A DNA stretch of 63,313 nt, the filler included, from Octopus bimaculoides (lineage: Eukaryota), in the NCBI RefSeq assembly GCF_001194135.2. It is 4 parts of 4 records of this genome, joined end to end, with 100 filler letters (N's around TTAATTAATTAA, not from the genome) between each part and the next. Parts side by side here need not be neighbours in the genome. Positions count along the whole stretch, not along the records: positions 1 to 20,610 come from NC_068991.1; positions 20,711 to 24,936 come from NC_069002.1; 2 more parts are not named here. One strand, given 5' to 3'. Each line of letters opens with the position of its first letter. Within the stretch, counting starts at the first letter, position 1. Shown here one piece after another: positions 12,208-23,883 of the stretch. A program made the translations under genes and the position numbers. The notes under the pieces were generated by a model that searched no databases, had not been told where the DNA came from, and saw nothing but the letters and a program-made list of their open reading frames with translations.

Positions 12208-12264
12208 AAATTTAAGGAATGGAGTGAACGCATGTTATAACTGCTCACTCCATTCCTTAAATTT
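12208..12264. repeat. Perfect 20-bp inverted repeat with 17-nt spacer, inside a TA tract
   Basis: AAATTTAAGGAATGGAGTGA (12208-12227) is the exact reverse complement of 12245-12264. Confidence 0.9.
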
Positions 12265-13392
12265 ATATATACTCAAATACCCAAAATATCAAGGAGTTTC
12301 TGCCTCAAAAACAGGAATTACACCACAGTTATTTTGTGATCTTTGCTACCCTGGTTTCTATTAACCCATTTATTCTATCCGAATTATTATTAATTAGGAT
12401 AAAATAATACATATAATTTNNNNNNNNNNNNNNNNNNNNNNNNNNNNNNNNNNNNNNNNNNNNNNNNNNNNNNNNNNNNNNNNNNNNNNNNNNNNNNNNN
12501 NNNNNNNNNNNNNNNNNNNNNNNNNNNNNNNNNNNNNNNNNNNNNNNNNNNNNNNNNNNNNNNNNNNNNNNNNNNNNNNNNNNNNNNNNNNNNNNNNAGA
12601 GAGAGAGAGAGAGAGAGAGAATGAGAGGGGGAAGTGAGAGATAGATAGATAGATATTTACAACCTAAAGTAATATACAGCATTATCCATTAAAATATATT
12701 ATTATTGAGACAACTACCCAGAATGAAAAAAGATACCAGCAATACAAAAGATTGAAAAGCAAAGGACAAACAAATATCCCTAAAATAATTCCTTACCAAG
12801 GTTAAATTTCAGCAAATAAGAAGCTGTTTGCATCGGACAAATATCCATAAGGTAGCTTATGGAGTAATTGGTGGTAGATGTACCTCGTGGCTTGGCTTAA
12901 GCATACCATTCGGAACTTTGGATGCTTGCAAAGGATTGCACTTTGTTGCATTTAGACCATATATCCTTCCTTTTCACCAGTTTTGGAAACCTTGTGAAAG
13001 GTCGAGAGAACAGTCTTCTTCCCAGACTAAAATATTATACTTTTCATTATAAGTACTTATATTCTGACAAAACCACTGAAGAAACGAGAATTAATGAAAT
13101 ATATTTTCTTATTGAAAATTACAAATTACATCTCAATAAATTATGAGATTATTATCGAAAAGATACATTTACCGACAACAATAAGACACTTTGTCGCTGT
13201 TCAAATGGTAAAAAATCATGTCTAAAAACTACTATTCAAAATTACAAGTTCACCAATACCTAAAGGCACTTAACCGCCATTGAAATTTATAAAATCTCGT
13301 GTATGTATGAATATGTCGTATTCATATAAGTATGTATGTGCATACCTGTACATATACATACAGTTGTATAATTATACATACGCGTATATATA

Positions 13393-13446
<54 letters not shown>

Positions 13447-13709
13447 GGCGCAGGAGTGGATGTGTGGTAAGTAGCTTGCTTACCAACCACATGGTTCCGG
13501 GTTCAGTCCCACTGCGTGGCACCTTGGGCAAGTGTCTTCTACTATAGCCTCGGGCCGACCAAAGCCTTGTGAGTGGATTTGGTAGACGGAAACTGAAAGA
13601 AGCCCGTCGTATATATGTATATATATATATGTATGTGTATGTATATGTTTGTGTTTGTGTGTCTGTGTTTGTCCTCCTAGCATTGCTTGACAACCGATGC
13701 TGGTGTGTT
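13447..13709 (+). mobile_element. tRNA-headed SINE with CORE-like domain and internal CA/TA microsatellite, cut by a gap
   Basis: GGCGCAGGAGTGGATGTGTGGTAAG head, GGGTTCAGTCCC B-box-like motif and CORE-like CACCTTGGGCAAGTGTCTT. Related copies lie at 21652, 23485, 29896 and 62815. Confidence 0.8.
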
Positions 13710-14578
13710 NNNNNNNNNNNNNNNNNNNNNNNNNNNNNNNNNNNNNNNNNNNNNNNNNNNNNNNNNNNNNNNNNNNNNNNNNNNNNNNNNNNNNNNNNNN
13801 NNNNNNNNNNNNNNNNNNNNNNNNNNNNNNNNNNNNNNNNNNNNNNNNNNNNNNNNNNNNNNNNNNNNNNNNNNNNNNNNNNNNNNNNNNNNNNNNNNNN
13901 NNNNNNNNNNNNNNNNNNNNNNNNNNNNNNNNNNNNNNNNNNNNNNNNNNNNNNNNNNNNNNNNNNNNNNNNNNNNNNNNNNNNNNNNNNNNNNNNNNNN
14001 NNNNNNNNNNNNNNNNNNNNNNNNNNNNNNNNNNNNNNNNNNNNNNNNNNNNNNNNNNNNNATATATATATATATATATATATATACATACACAAGCACA
14101 CGTATATATACAAGCACATACATAAGTGCATTCATTTTTGCTGTGTGTTAATGTGCGTTGGTGTGGGTGTATCTTATACGCGCGTCTGTATTGTTGGAAG
14201 CTTTCAAACACAATGAAAAGTAAAATGTACCTCATTCGACACCCATTATATGTTGTTTTCATGTAAGCCATAAAGACAACGAACTATACAAATAACTTAC
14301 ATACACGCGGACAGATAGGGGAAAGCGTTACAGCTGTGCAGTCGATTATACATGCAAACGTTCTGCAAAGATTCCTTTTAGCCGTCGCTAAAACATTACT
14401 AGTCGTCTTGGATTCTGCTGTTTTACATGGTAAATAGCTTGTTTTATGAATTCGTTATCGCATTTATTTGATTTAATTCTTTTAGTTTATCAGTTAACTC
14501 TTTTTGTTTTGTTTTTTTCTGACTTGCAATAATTCTTAAATATCTGAGATTAAACAAATGCAACGATGAGATTCTTTT

Positions 14579-14609
<31 letters not shown>

Positions 14610-15098
14610 GTTTCTCTGCTCATTATCAGATATTATCATTTGAGGCTATTTCAGCGTGCGGTCTACCGCAATGTTGATAATCTATGCAGTAAAATTACTA
14701 ACTTGGTTTATCTTCTGAGACTTGAATTCGTTTCGTAACCTTTCATGGTATGAATTTATTACCTGTGCTTACCTTTTAATCCGAGTGCTCCTGACATGTC
14801 TATATAAAAGGGCAATCAAATTACACTAACATCAGTATTTTCCTCAAACTGAAGCCGATTGCATCAAAGTAATACATTTACACCCATTGCAATGTTGTTA
14901 AAAAATTTCTATAGACGTGCCATTCTAACAGAAGAAACTGGAGAAGCACTTTTACGGTAAAACAACTTTGTAGGTACACAAGATGCAAAGCCTTGGCATT
15001 GATGAGGTAGAATGGTGCAAGAGAAATGAAAGCGTGACGGGTGGGGAATACAAGCCTGTACTTTGTTGTCATTAATAATCCTTTCTACTTAGTCATAA

Positions 15099-15490
15099 GT
15101 GGAGGCGCAATGGCCCAGTGGTTAAGGCAGCAGACTCGCGGTCATAGGATCGTAGTTTCGATTCCCGGACCGGGCGTTGTGAGTGTTTATTGAGCGAAAA
15201 CACCTAAAGCTCCACGAGGCTCCGGCAGGGGATGGTGGCGAACCCTGCTGTACTCTTCCACCACAACTTTCTCTCACTCTTTCTTCCTGTTTCTGTTGTA
15301 CCTGTAATTCAAAGGGTCAGCCTTGTCACACTGTGTGTCACGCTGAATCTCCCAGAGAACTACGTTAAGGGTACACGTGTCTGTGGAGTGCTCAGCCACT
15401 TGCACGTTAATTTCACGAGCAGGCTGTTCCGTTGATCGGATCAAATGGAACCCTCGTCGTGGTAAGCAGCGGAGTGCCAACAGCAACAAA
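15099..15490 (+). mobile_element. Full-length tRNA-derived SINE (OR-like, tail type 1)
   Basis: GTGGAGGCGCAATGGCCCAGTGGTTAAG (A box), GTTTCGATTCC (B box) and a (CAA)n-like tail. About 94% identical by hand alignment to the inverted copy at 17167-17554. Confidence 0.88.
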
Positions 15491-15896
15491 CGCTACGCAT
15501 AATGGGAATTAGTAGATTGCATGAAATCACATTAATGCTCATGTATAGATAATTCAGAAAATTTTATGGCATTATATATTTCAGTGTAAAAATTATCAGA
15601 ATCATAGAGATACAAGAATAGCATCAGTTTTTTTTTTTTTAATTATCAATGTTAATGATACAATTCATTTTCAAGGATATGCTAACCATTTTAAAGATCA
15701 TCCAATTCTTAGAAACAATTAAAAAGATTTTAAGTGTAAAGACATTTAAATGTTCTTGATGTTTTTTTGTTTTTTTTTCCATTTTATTAAATCTTATTTG
15801 TAAGATATCAGATATCTCGTTATTTTTACTCTGTAGTATCTCGCGTATTTCTTGCTTTATAAGATGTTTAAATTAAATTAATATAGCTTGATTTAT

Positions 15897-15963
<67 letters not shown>
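15897..15963. repeat. (TAC)n microsatellite immediately 5' of a SINE
   Basis: Directly visible, about 22 units. Confidence 0.95.
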
Positions 15964-15964
<1 letters not shown>

Positions 15965-15967
15965 TTC

Positions 15968-16285
15968 GGTGAGCTGGCAGAATCATTAACACGCCGGGCA
16001 AAATGCTTAACGGCATTTCGCCTGTCTTTCGTTTTGAGCTCAAATTCCGCCAGAACTCCGCTTTGCCTTTCATTTTTCGGGCTCGATAAAATAAATACCT
16101 GTTGAGCATTGGGGTCGATGTAATCGAATATACCCTTCCCCCACAATTCCAGGACAAAGGTTACACGTGTCTGTGGAATGCTCAGCCACTTGCACGTTAA
16201 TTTCACGAGCAGGCTGTTCCGTTGATCGGATCAACTGGAACCCTCGACGTCGTAAGCGACGGAGTGCCAACAACAACAACAACAA
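15968..16285 (+). mobile_element. Chimeric SINE: Nin/Deu-like head and core fused to an OR-type 3' tail
   Basis: 15968-16153 matches the GGCGAGCTGGCAGAATC... family (as at 23168 and 59496). 16156-16285 matches the last ~130 bp of the SINE at 15099-15490 and ends in (CAA)n. Confidence 0.78.
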
Positions 16286-17166
16286 TTTGAGAAGGGACGC
16301 ATTACAATATGTATTTGCCTTTTATATTTTCGTTCAATAATCTAAAGCGTGATTTGAGAGATATTGAGTGCTATGTGTAGCAGATCAAGTGAAGTAATAG
16401 CTAAACAGATGTTGCTTCGTTGGTTTGACAATAAAGCAAAGAGTTTGGGTGTGGATGGATGTTTCCACTCTCAATTTCCGACTGTAATTTCATAACAGAG
16501 ATGGGGAAGGTGACATGATTTAGAGGTGAAAGGCAACACAGAGTTGTGATGTGCTTCTGATGATCGGAGTCTCTAACCAGCAGCCCTTTTATCATATTAA
16601 CTAACGGCTAAGTGTAACCAATTACAAACAGCGATTAAAACAGAGCAACAACACAAAGAATGATAGAAAGATAGAGAACGTGTAAGAGATAACTGTATTG
16701 ATAGACGGTGTGTGAGGAAGATAGAAAGATAGAAAGAGAAAGAGAGATATATAGACAGAGACAGACGGACCGGGAGAAGCAGACAAAGAGAGAGTGAGAA
16801 AGAAGCCATTAGCTAGTAATTGTTGTCAATAATTATCATTAATCACTTTAGTTATTAAGTATTTATGGGAGACATTGTGTAGGAGTAGCCATAACACCGA
16901 TCATCACACAGAAGATAAGATATCGTCAAAAATATTGATTCACTATTTGTTAGCCAACGCCGAGACATTGCTGCCGTCGTCGTCGTTGTTGTTGTTGCTG
17001 TTGCTGTTGCTGGTATCTTTCTGCTGCTGCTGCTGCTGCTACTCCTTTTGTTGTTTTACTCTTGGTTAGTCCATACAAACAAAAACATTCCAGATTCGAC
17101 CATGCCATCTTTATTTTGTAAATTCAGTATATCAAGAACAACACTTTTTTTTTAATATACCAAGGG

Positions 17167-17554
17167 TTGTTTGTTGGCATTCCGTCGCTTACGACGTCGA
17201 GGGTTCCATTTGATCCGATCAACGGAACAGCCTGCTCGTGAAATTAACGTGCAAGTGGCTGAGCACTCCACAGACACGTGTACCCTTAACGTAGTTCTCG
17301 GGGATATTCAGCGTGACACAGTGTGACAAGGCTGGCCCTTTGAATTACAGGCACAACAGAAACAGGAAGTAAGAGTGAGAGAAAGTTGTGGTGAAAGAGT
17401 ACAGCAGGGTTTGCCACCATTCCCTGCCGGAGCCTCGTGGAGCTTTAGGTGTTTTTCGCTCAATAAACACTCACAACGCCCGGTCTGAGAATCGAAACCG
17501 CGATCCTATGACCGCGAGTCCGCTGCCCTAACCACTGGGCCATTGCGCATCCAC
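17167..17554 (-). mobile_element. Full-length tRNA-derived SINE (OR-like, tail type 1) with target-site duplication
   Basis: Reverse complement of the 15099 copy. It is flanked by the direct repeat ACCAAGGGT at 17159-17167 and 17553-17561; the AC overlaps the SINE end. Confidence 0.9.
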
Positions 17555-18261
17555 CAAGGGTAGTAGGTTAAATTAACTGTCTTGCAGTATATGTTCTGGC
17601 CTTTTACATTCTGAGTTCAAAACCCTGTCAAGGCCATCTTTGCCTTTGATCCTTCCTCGGTTCACAAAAACAAAATACCTGCCATTCCTGTATCAATGTG
17701 GTTAGCGGCGCGAAGTTGCTGCTCTTGTATTTAATGTTATACCTTAAGTCACCAGCATGAGAATTGGTTTGTGCTTGTGTTGTCATTTTGTCTAGTTGAA
17801 CCACTACATCGACTACGTTATTGGTTTCTTTAGTACCAGTAATATACCAAAGTGGAAATGTTTCATGATAGCCTACAAACAGAAAGTTACGAACACTGAT
17901 GGTATATCCCCGTGGAAGTTAGATACATGTTATCAATTAATTGATGGATAGGCTTCGTAAAGTGGTCAGCGTCGTCGATATTGTATTGATGTTAAGATCG
18001 TTAAGCCCAAGTCAGCTCTAATGTGTAGAATATGATCAAATACATTTCACTCGTAGCCTTTCTGTCTCCCCTTTTAATGTATCTAGAACTAAATTATTTA
18101 AAGTGCTCTTTCTTTTTTCACAACATTTATTCTCTTTGTTCTGTTACGCTTTGTCCTTTGGGCTTCAAAAAGTATTTGACTAGCAATTCAGCCCGTACAT
18201 CTTTCTTGATGAAATATGTGTGTGCATGCGTATATATTTTTTACGTGTGTGTGCGTGCGTA

Positions 18262-18705
18262 CCAGGCTGAGTCAAAAGTTTCGTATTTCAAACTTAATAG
18301 TTCAAGCAAATTACATAAGAAAAATGTTTATCCATCAAAATATATCCCGACATATTCTATTGTCTGTTGCCATTGTTGTGCCAGAAGATCAATTCCACAG
18401 CTATTTTACTGGTTTAGAAGCAAAAAAATTCCATGCACCCGTTTTCAATCTCATCCAATTTGTTGAACTTCCATCCGTGCAGAAAATGAGTCGTGGATCA
18501 GAAAAGGTGGCATATGGGTTGGTGCAAGGTCTGGATTGTAGGTAGAGTGAGGTATCACTTTCATCCCTTCAAGTTCCTCAAGTTTGCGTTTGTTCACATT
18601 GGCAGTGTGAGCTGGAGCATTGCCATGTAGGAGTGCACGTCTTCGATTGACCAATGCCGAGTAGCAAACTTTCATAGCAACATATGCGCGCTGATGTCTA
18701 TGAGA
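18262..18705 (-). mobile_element. Mariner transposon 3' fragment, decayed
   Basis: The minus-strand ORF 18451-18675 reads ALLHGNAPAHTA...VIPHSTYNPDLAPT (HDNAPAH / PHPPYSPDLAP motifs). There is a TA-flanked TIR-like end, TA|CCAGGCTGAGTCAAAAG, at 18260. Confidence 0.82.
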
Positions 18706-18774
18706 ATAAAGGCTAGAGTTCGCAACATGAGCATCTGGGACAAGCTCGAATGCAACATCACCTCAAAAGCCCAC

Positions 18775-18890
18775 CCCGAAAGGATAAAAGGCAAAGTCAA
18801 CCTCGGTGGAATTTGAACGTAACGCAAAAACGGACGAAACGCCACTAAGCATTCTTAGCAGCGTGCTAGCGATTCTTCCAGCTCGCCACC
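18775..18890 (-). mobile_element. Nin/Deu-core-like SINE, 5' part
   Basis: The reverse complement begins GGTGGCGAGCTGGAAGAATCGCTAGCACG and contains GACTTTGCCTTTTATCCTTTCGGGG. Confidence 0.75.
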
Positions 18891-19978
18891 TTAAGACGAA
18901 TATATATTAGTAAGTGGTAGCAAGTTTGGATCAACCCATTCTAAATGTTGTATATACAGCACTGGCTATATTGTAAAAGAAAAACAAAAAAGAAAACATG
19001 GCTCTGCAGGTAAATCACGATTGCGTTTATCAATTTCTATCGACCGGTATTTTGCTTTCGATATTGATGTCAGCAAACTGAAAAAAAATATTTCCCGTCA
19101 GTGATTTGATCAATTAGTAAAAGAAGAGAAAAAAAAAAACATCGCAAATATCAAAGCCGCGTAGGAAGCTGTTGATTGCATATTTCATGCTCTTTTATAA
19201 AATGGTTTATTTTGGGTGGCAATATCAACGTTTCCAGGCAATTTTTAATAAACGGCTTCTCTTTCAAAGAAAGCTAGCAGAGCTGCTATCGTGAATATAG
19301 TTATGACACATTCTTCCATTTGGAACAGAAACTTATCCTCAAGACGTGATCTCCCCTACTATCAAGTATCCGAAAGGGATGTGATAGAGTTGATGGTTTT
19401 ATTTATTTANNNNNNNNNNNNNNNNNNNNNNNNNNNNNNNNNNNNNNNNNNNNNNNNNNNNNNNNNNNNNNNNNNNNNNNNNNNNNNNNNNNNNNNNNNN
19501 NNNNNNNNNNNNNNNNNNNNNNNNNNNNNNNNNNNNNNNNNNNNNNNNNNNNNNNNNNNNNNNNNNNNNNNNNNNNNNNNNNNNNNNNNNNNNNNNNNNN
19601 NNNNNNNNNNNNNNNNNNNNNNNNNNNNNNNNNNNNNNNNNNNNNNNNNNNNNNNNNNNNNNNNNNNNNNNNNNNNNNNNNNNNNNNNNNNNNNNNNNNN
19701 NNNNNNNNNNNNNNNNNNNNNNNNNNNNNNNNNNNNNNNNNNNNNNNNNNNNNNNNNNNNNNNNNNNNNNNNNNNNNNNNNNNNNNNNNNNNNNNNNNNN
19801 NNNNNNNNNNNNNNNNNNNNNNNNNNNNNNNNNNNNNNNNNNNNNNNNNNNNNNNNNNNNNNNNNNNNNNNNNNNNNNNNNNNNNNNNNNNNNNNNNNNN
19901 NNNNNNNNNNNNNNNNNNNNNNNNNNNNNNNNNNNNNNNNNNNNNNNNNNNNNNNNNNNNNNNNNNNNNNNNNNNNNA

Positions 19979-20238
19979 AATCCCGCTAAGCATTTCACCC
20001 GGCGTACTAACGTTTCTTGTTTCTTTATTGCCCACAAGGGGCTAAACATAGAGGGGACAAACAAAGGGATTAAGTCGATTACATCGACCCCAGTGCGTAA
20101 CTGGTACTTAATTTATCGACCCGGAAAGGATGAAAGGCAAAATCGACCTCGGCGGAATTTGAACTCAGAACGTAACGACAGACGAAATACTGCTAAGCAT
20201 TTCGCCCGGCGTGCTAACGTTTCTGCCAGCTCGCCACC
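19979..20238 (-). mobile_element. Nin/Deu-core-like SINE, full copy (20018-20238) plus an adjacent partial head of a second copy (19979-20017)
   Basis: Head GGTGGCGAGCTGGCAGAAACGTTAGCACG, core GCCTTTCATCCTTTCCGGGTCGATAAATTAAGTACCAG, and tail ...TTTGTTTGTCCCCTCTATGTTTAGCCCCTTGTGGGCAATAAAGAAAC. The domain name is recalled from AmnSINE/Nin-SINE consensus and not verified. Confidence 0.8.
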
Positions 20239-20610
20239 TTCGAAATAATAACATTATCACAAACAATCTCAGTCTTTTATCACTTTCTGTCTCTCCCACA
20301 CATATTTGGAGAGACAGAGAACCAGACGTCTGTTTATACAAGTGTACATATATATTTGTGCATATATACAAATAGTGTTGAGATTTTATTAAATGAATCA
20401 GAAATGATAAATCAAACTTGAAACAACCCACTGGGATATTTCAATTTCTCTAAATGAGATATATTGTCTCATAATAATGATTTTGGTTCTATCAATGGGG
20501 AAATAATCAAAATATTTTAACAAAGCAAAAGAAGCAGTTACTAGCGAAATCATTGATCTCTTCCAGGATGAATACTATTTTTAAAATTATCCAATAAGAA
20601 AAAAAAAGGT

Positions 20611-20710
20611 NNNNNNNNNNNNNNNNNNNNNNNNNNNNNNNNNNNNNNNNNNNNTTAATTAATTAANNNNNNNNNNNNNNNNNNNNNNNNNNNNNNNNNN
20701 NNNNNNNNNN
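20611..20710. other. Synthetic scaffold-join spacer (44 N + TTAATTAATTAA + 44 N)
   Basis: The same 100-bp structure occurs three times, and the 12-mer has stop codons in all six frames. Confidence 0.92.
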
Positions 20711-20721
20711 AAGAGTAATGT

Positions 20722-20722
20722 A

Positions 20723-20796
<74 letters not shown>

Positions 20797-20837
20797 TAAT
20801 AATAATGATAATAATAATAATAATAATAATGATGATG

Positions 20838-20909
<72 letters not shown>

Positions 20910-20922
20910 GTGATGATGATGA
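20722..20922. repeat. Long (AAT)n microsatellite with GAT interruptions
   Basis: Directly visible, about 65 units. Confidence 0.95.
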
Positions 20923-21651
20923 TAAACAAAAAACATGTGACAAAAGAAGCACCAAAAGCTGTTTGACGACTGAGATATAGGTCAGACATCGTATCAGTTA
21001 ACTCCCCATCAAAACAACACTAACATCTTGAACAACAACGCGAAGAGTGACAATGACAACAACAGCAACAATAACAACAACAGCAATAAATAATAACAAC
21101 AACAAGTACAACACAGGAGAACAGAGAAGAGAAGAGAAAGAGACGAAGAAAGAAAGAGAGAGATAGAGAGGAGAGAAAGGAGCAGAGGGAAAGATGTGAC
21201 GTAATAATACACGTGTGCATGTTTTCGTTTACGTAATCCGGTACCCCCACCGCCGCCGCCACCTTCGAAGTGATGATGATGGCGGTGGAGATGGCAGGGC
21301 AGGATGGTGAGTGCGTCGGTGGTGGTGGTTGTGGGTGGAAGGTCAGATGTTGAGAAGAAAAGGGAAACAGGAAGGAAAAAAAATATAGAAATCACTCTTG
21401 TGAAAGTAAACATTTTTAGAATAATTTTTTTTTCGAGTTGTTCCGGTCTCAGTTAATATTAAATAGTAAAAAATAAAATAAAATAAAATAAAATAAAATA
21501 AAAAAAACAGAGAGTGAGAAAACCAGGACGGGAATTGTCAGCAAATAACCAACAAAATTCAACTGGGATGGTTGACAATTGAACAAACAAATAACTAAAA
21601 AAAATAAATAAATAAAACAAACGGGTGCCAGGATTACTTGTTGCCTTCTTC

Positions 21652-22105
21652 TCGTTTCAGTCATTGGATTGCGACCATACGGAGATAACCCCTTCAAGAA
21701 TTTAGTCGAACAAATTGATCCCAGTGCTTATTTTTAAGCTTGCAACTAATTCTATCAGTCTCCCTTGCCAAAGCGTTAAGCTATGAGGACGTAAATAAAC
21801 CAACATCACTTGTCAAGCGGTGGGATAACAAAGGCACAAACACACACAGATAGACATGCACACACACACACACACACACATACACACACGCACATACACA
21901 CTCATAGATACATACATACATGCATACATACACACTCACGCGTATATATGCAACAGGCCTTCATGCGATTCCTGTCTACCAAATTCAGTCTCAAAACATT
22001 AATTGTCCAGGCGCTATAACAGAAGATACATATCGAAGGTGCTCCGTCTGAGGATTGAACCTAAATCCACGTGGCTGCAAAGCGAGCTTTTTAACCACAC
22101 AACCC
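21652..22105 (-). mobile_element. CORE-like SINE, near full length, diverged
   Basis: Reverse-complement similarity to 13447-13709 (head, GGTTCAATCC, internal CA tract) and to the tail seen at 23485. Confidence 0.72.
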
Positions 22106-22375
22106 TGTCTACGCCTTCTGCTCGGATTAAACGATAATCATATTGTTGTTTAATGTAAATAAATAAATAAATATATTCTATCTCTTAGCTTTTTTGTTAA
22201 TGGTTTTATGAGAAGAGATATTGGTCACCTCCGTGATACTGTGTGTCTGGACACCCAACTGGGCAAAAACAAGGCCTGTCGGAAAGCGGATGAGCTCCTT
22301 GTAGGCCAACAGCCGTCCAGTTGGAAAAGGAAACGGCAAACTACCGCCATATCTCTGCGAAGTCACATCTTGGCT

Positions 22376-23135
22376 TCATCGGATGGAAGAAGAAGCAGTC
22401 AAATCATTGATGGAGATGTTGCTAGTCTGGTTTACAGTTTTCATCCTTTTCACAACCATATAACAACATTTATCCTGACCAAACTTCAACCCTACAACCT
22501 TTGAGAATGGAACTAGGTCAAGGATCTTTTTCATCTCATGCATACTCTTTGCATAAAGTTTCAAGTCACTCACAAAGAAACAGTGTGTAATTTTGGTATT
22601 TCTGTTTCCTTGTGAACCAGTGAGATATCCATCAGACTTCCTTAACATGAATGACAAGGGATTTACAGAAAGTATAAACAACATCACAGAGAGGCTGTCG
22701 CCTTGGAATATGCTTTGCGATGCTGTATTCTATCGGTGATAATACAGTCACTCTTTGTGAGATGATGGCCCACGGTGAAATCAGATCAGCTAAGGCTTTG
22801 ACTATTCTCACTGGAACTTTAGCAAGTCGAAGGGCTTCTAGTATCCATGAGTGAGGAACAGAATCAAAGACTTTCTTGTAATCTATCCACATTGAAACTA
22901 GGTTCCTCCTATCCTCTCGCACCTCTGACATAACAGTTTTGTTGATTAACAATTGCTCGGCACATCCCCAGACTCCCTTCTTCCCAACTGCTTGTTTTGC
23001 TGTGATAATTTTATTGGTTTCACAATGATCTTGCAGGAAGAGGTTTAAACATGATGTGTCTATCTTATACATTAAGTTCTGGCATGCAATTGACCGGTAG
23101 TTTTATTTTGTAGTTTCCATGCTCTTAGTTGTACG
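22376..23135 (-). mobile_element. R4/Dong-like (RLE-type) non-LTR retrotransposon RT fragment, decayed
   Basis: The minus strand reads NYRSIACQNLMYKIDTSCL...GCAEQLLINKTVM...WIDYKKVFDSVPHSWI...LFILSVNPLSFML...THCFFVSDLKLYA...GLKFGQDKC, i.e. RT motifs 0-7 with frameshifts. Confidence 0.85.
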
Positions 23136-23167
23136 TATACATGATATTATATTGTAATTCTGAAGAC

Positions 23168-23372
23168 GGCGAGCTGGTAGAATCGTTAGCACGCTGGACG
23201 AAATGCTTAGCGGTATTTCGTCTGTTTTTACGTTTTGAGTTCAAATTCCGCTGAGGTCGACTTTGCCTTTCATCCTTTCGGAGTCGATAAATTAAGTACC
23301 AGTTGAGTGCTGAGGCCGATCTAATCGACTGGATCCTTCCCCAAAATTTCAGGCCTTGTGCCTAGAGTAGAA
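23168..23372 (+). mobile_element. Nin/Deu-core-like SINE, full copy
   Basis: GGCGAGCTGGTAGAATCGTTAGCACG head, GAGTTCAAATTCC B box, core GCCTTTCATCCTTTCGGAGTCGATAAATTAAGTACCAG, and tail TTTCAGGCCTTGTGCCTAGAGTAGAAA. Confidence 0.85.
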
Positions 23373-23484
23373 AAAAATTGTGAGACAATTATGGTATATG
23401 GTCTAGAAGCAGAGATAATTTTCATAAATCAAGAATTCATGTTCTACGGTAGTTGTTAGGCCTGCATTTGTCTTTAGAGAGAGA

Positions 23485-23883
23485 GGTTTCACTCATTAGA
23501 TTGCGGCCATACTGGGGCACTATCTCGATGAATTTTACACCAACGAACCGAGTTCAGTACTTGTTCTTTTATTAAGCCTGGTATTTATTCTATCGGTTTC
23601 TTTGTCGAACCGCTCATTTACGTAAGCACTCCAACACCGGTTATCAAACGGTAATGGGGAAAAAATGAGACAGAGACATACACACACACAGACACACACA
23701 CATAGTATATACCTATATGTATATATATGTATATATATGTATATATATATGACAGTTTCCGTCTACCAAATCCACTCTCAAGATTTTGACCTGTGGTAGA
23801 TGACACTTGCCCAACATTTCACACAGTGGTGTTGAACCCCGAACCATATAGCTGCGAAGCAAACTTGTTACCACATAGCCACA
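23485..23883 (-). mobile_element. CORE-like SINE, near full length
   Basis: The reverse complement begins GTGGCTATGTGGTAACAAG and contains GGGTTCAACACC, TTGGGCAAGTGTCATC and GATTTGGTAGACGGAAACTG, as at 13447. Confidence 0.78.

Noticed and set aside
12797-13026. Minus-strand exon-like block with donor TTG|GTAAGG
   Set aside because: All three frames contain stops between the plausible acceptor and the donor; at best a non-coding exon.
14880-15072. Protein-like peptides (NFYRRAILTEETGEALL; VHKMQSLGIDEVEWCKRNESVTGGEYKPVLCCH)
   Set aside because: They are short, the implied intron is only 17 nt, and no family is recognised.
15099-15180. tRNA-like heads with A and B boxes (also at 4127, 13447, 17554, 23168)
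   Set aside because: They continue into SINE bodies and do not form complete cloverleaves; not tRNA genes.
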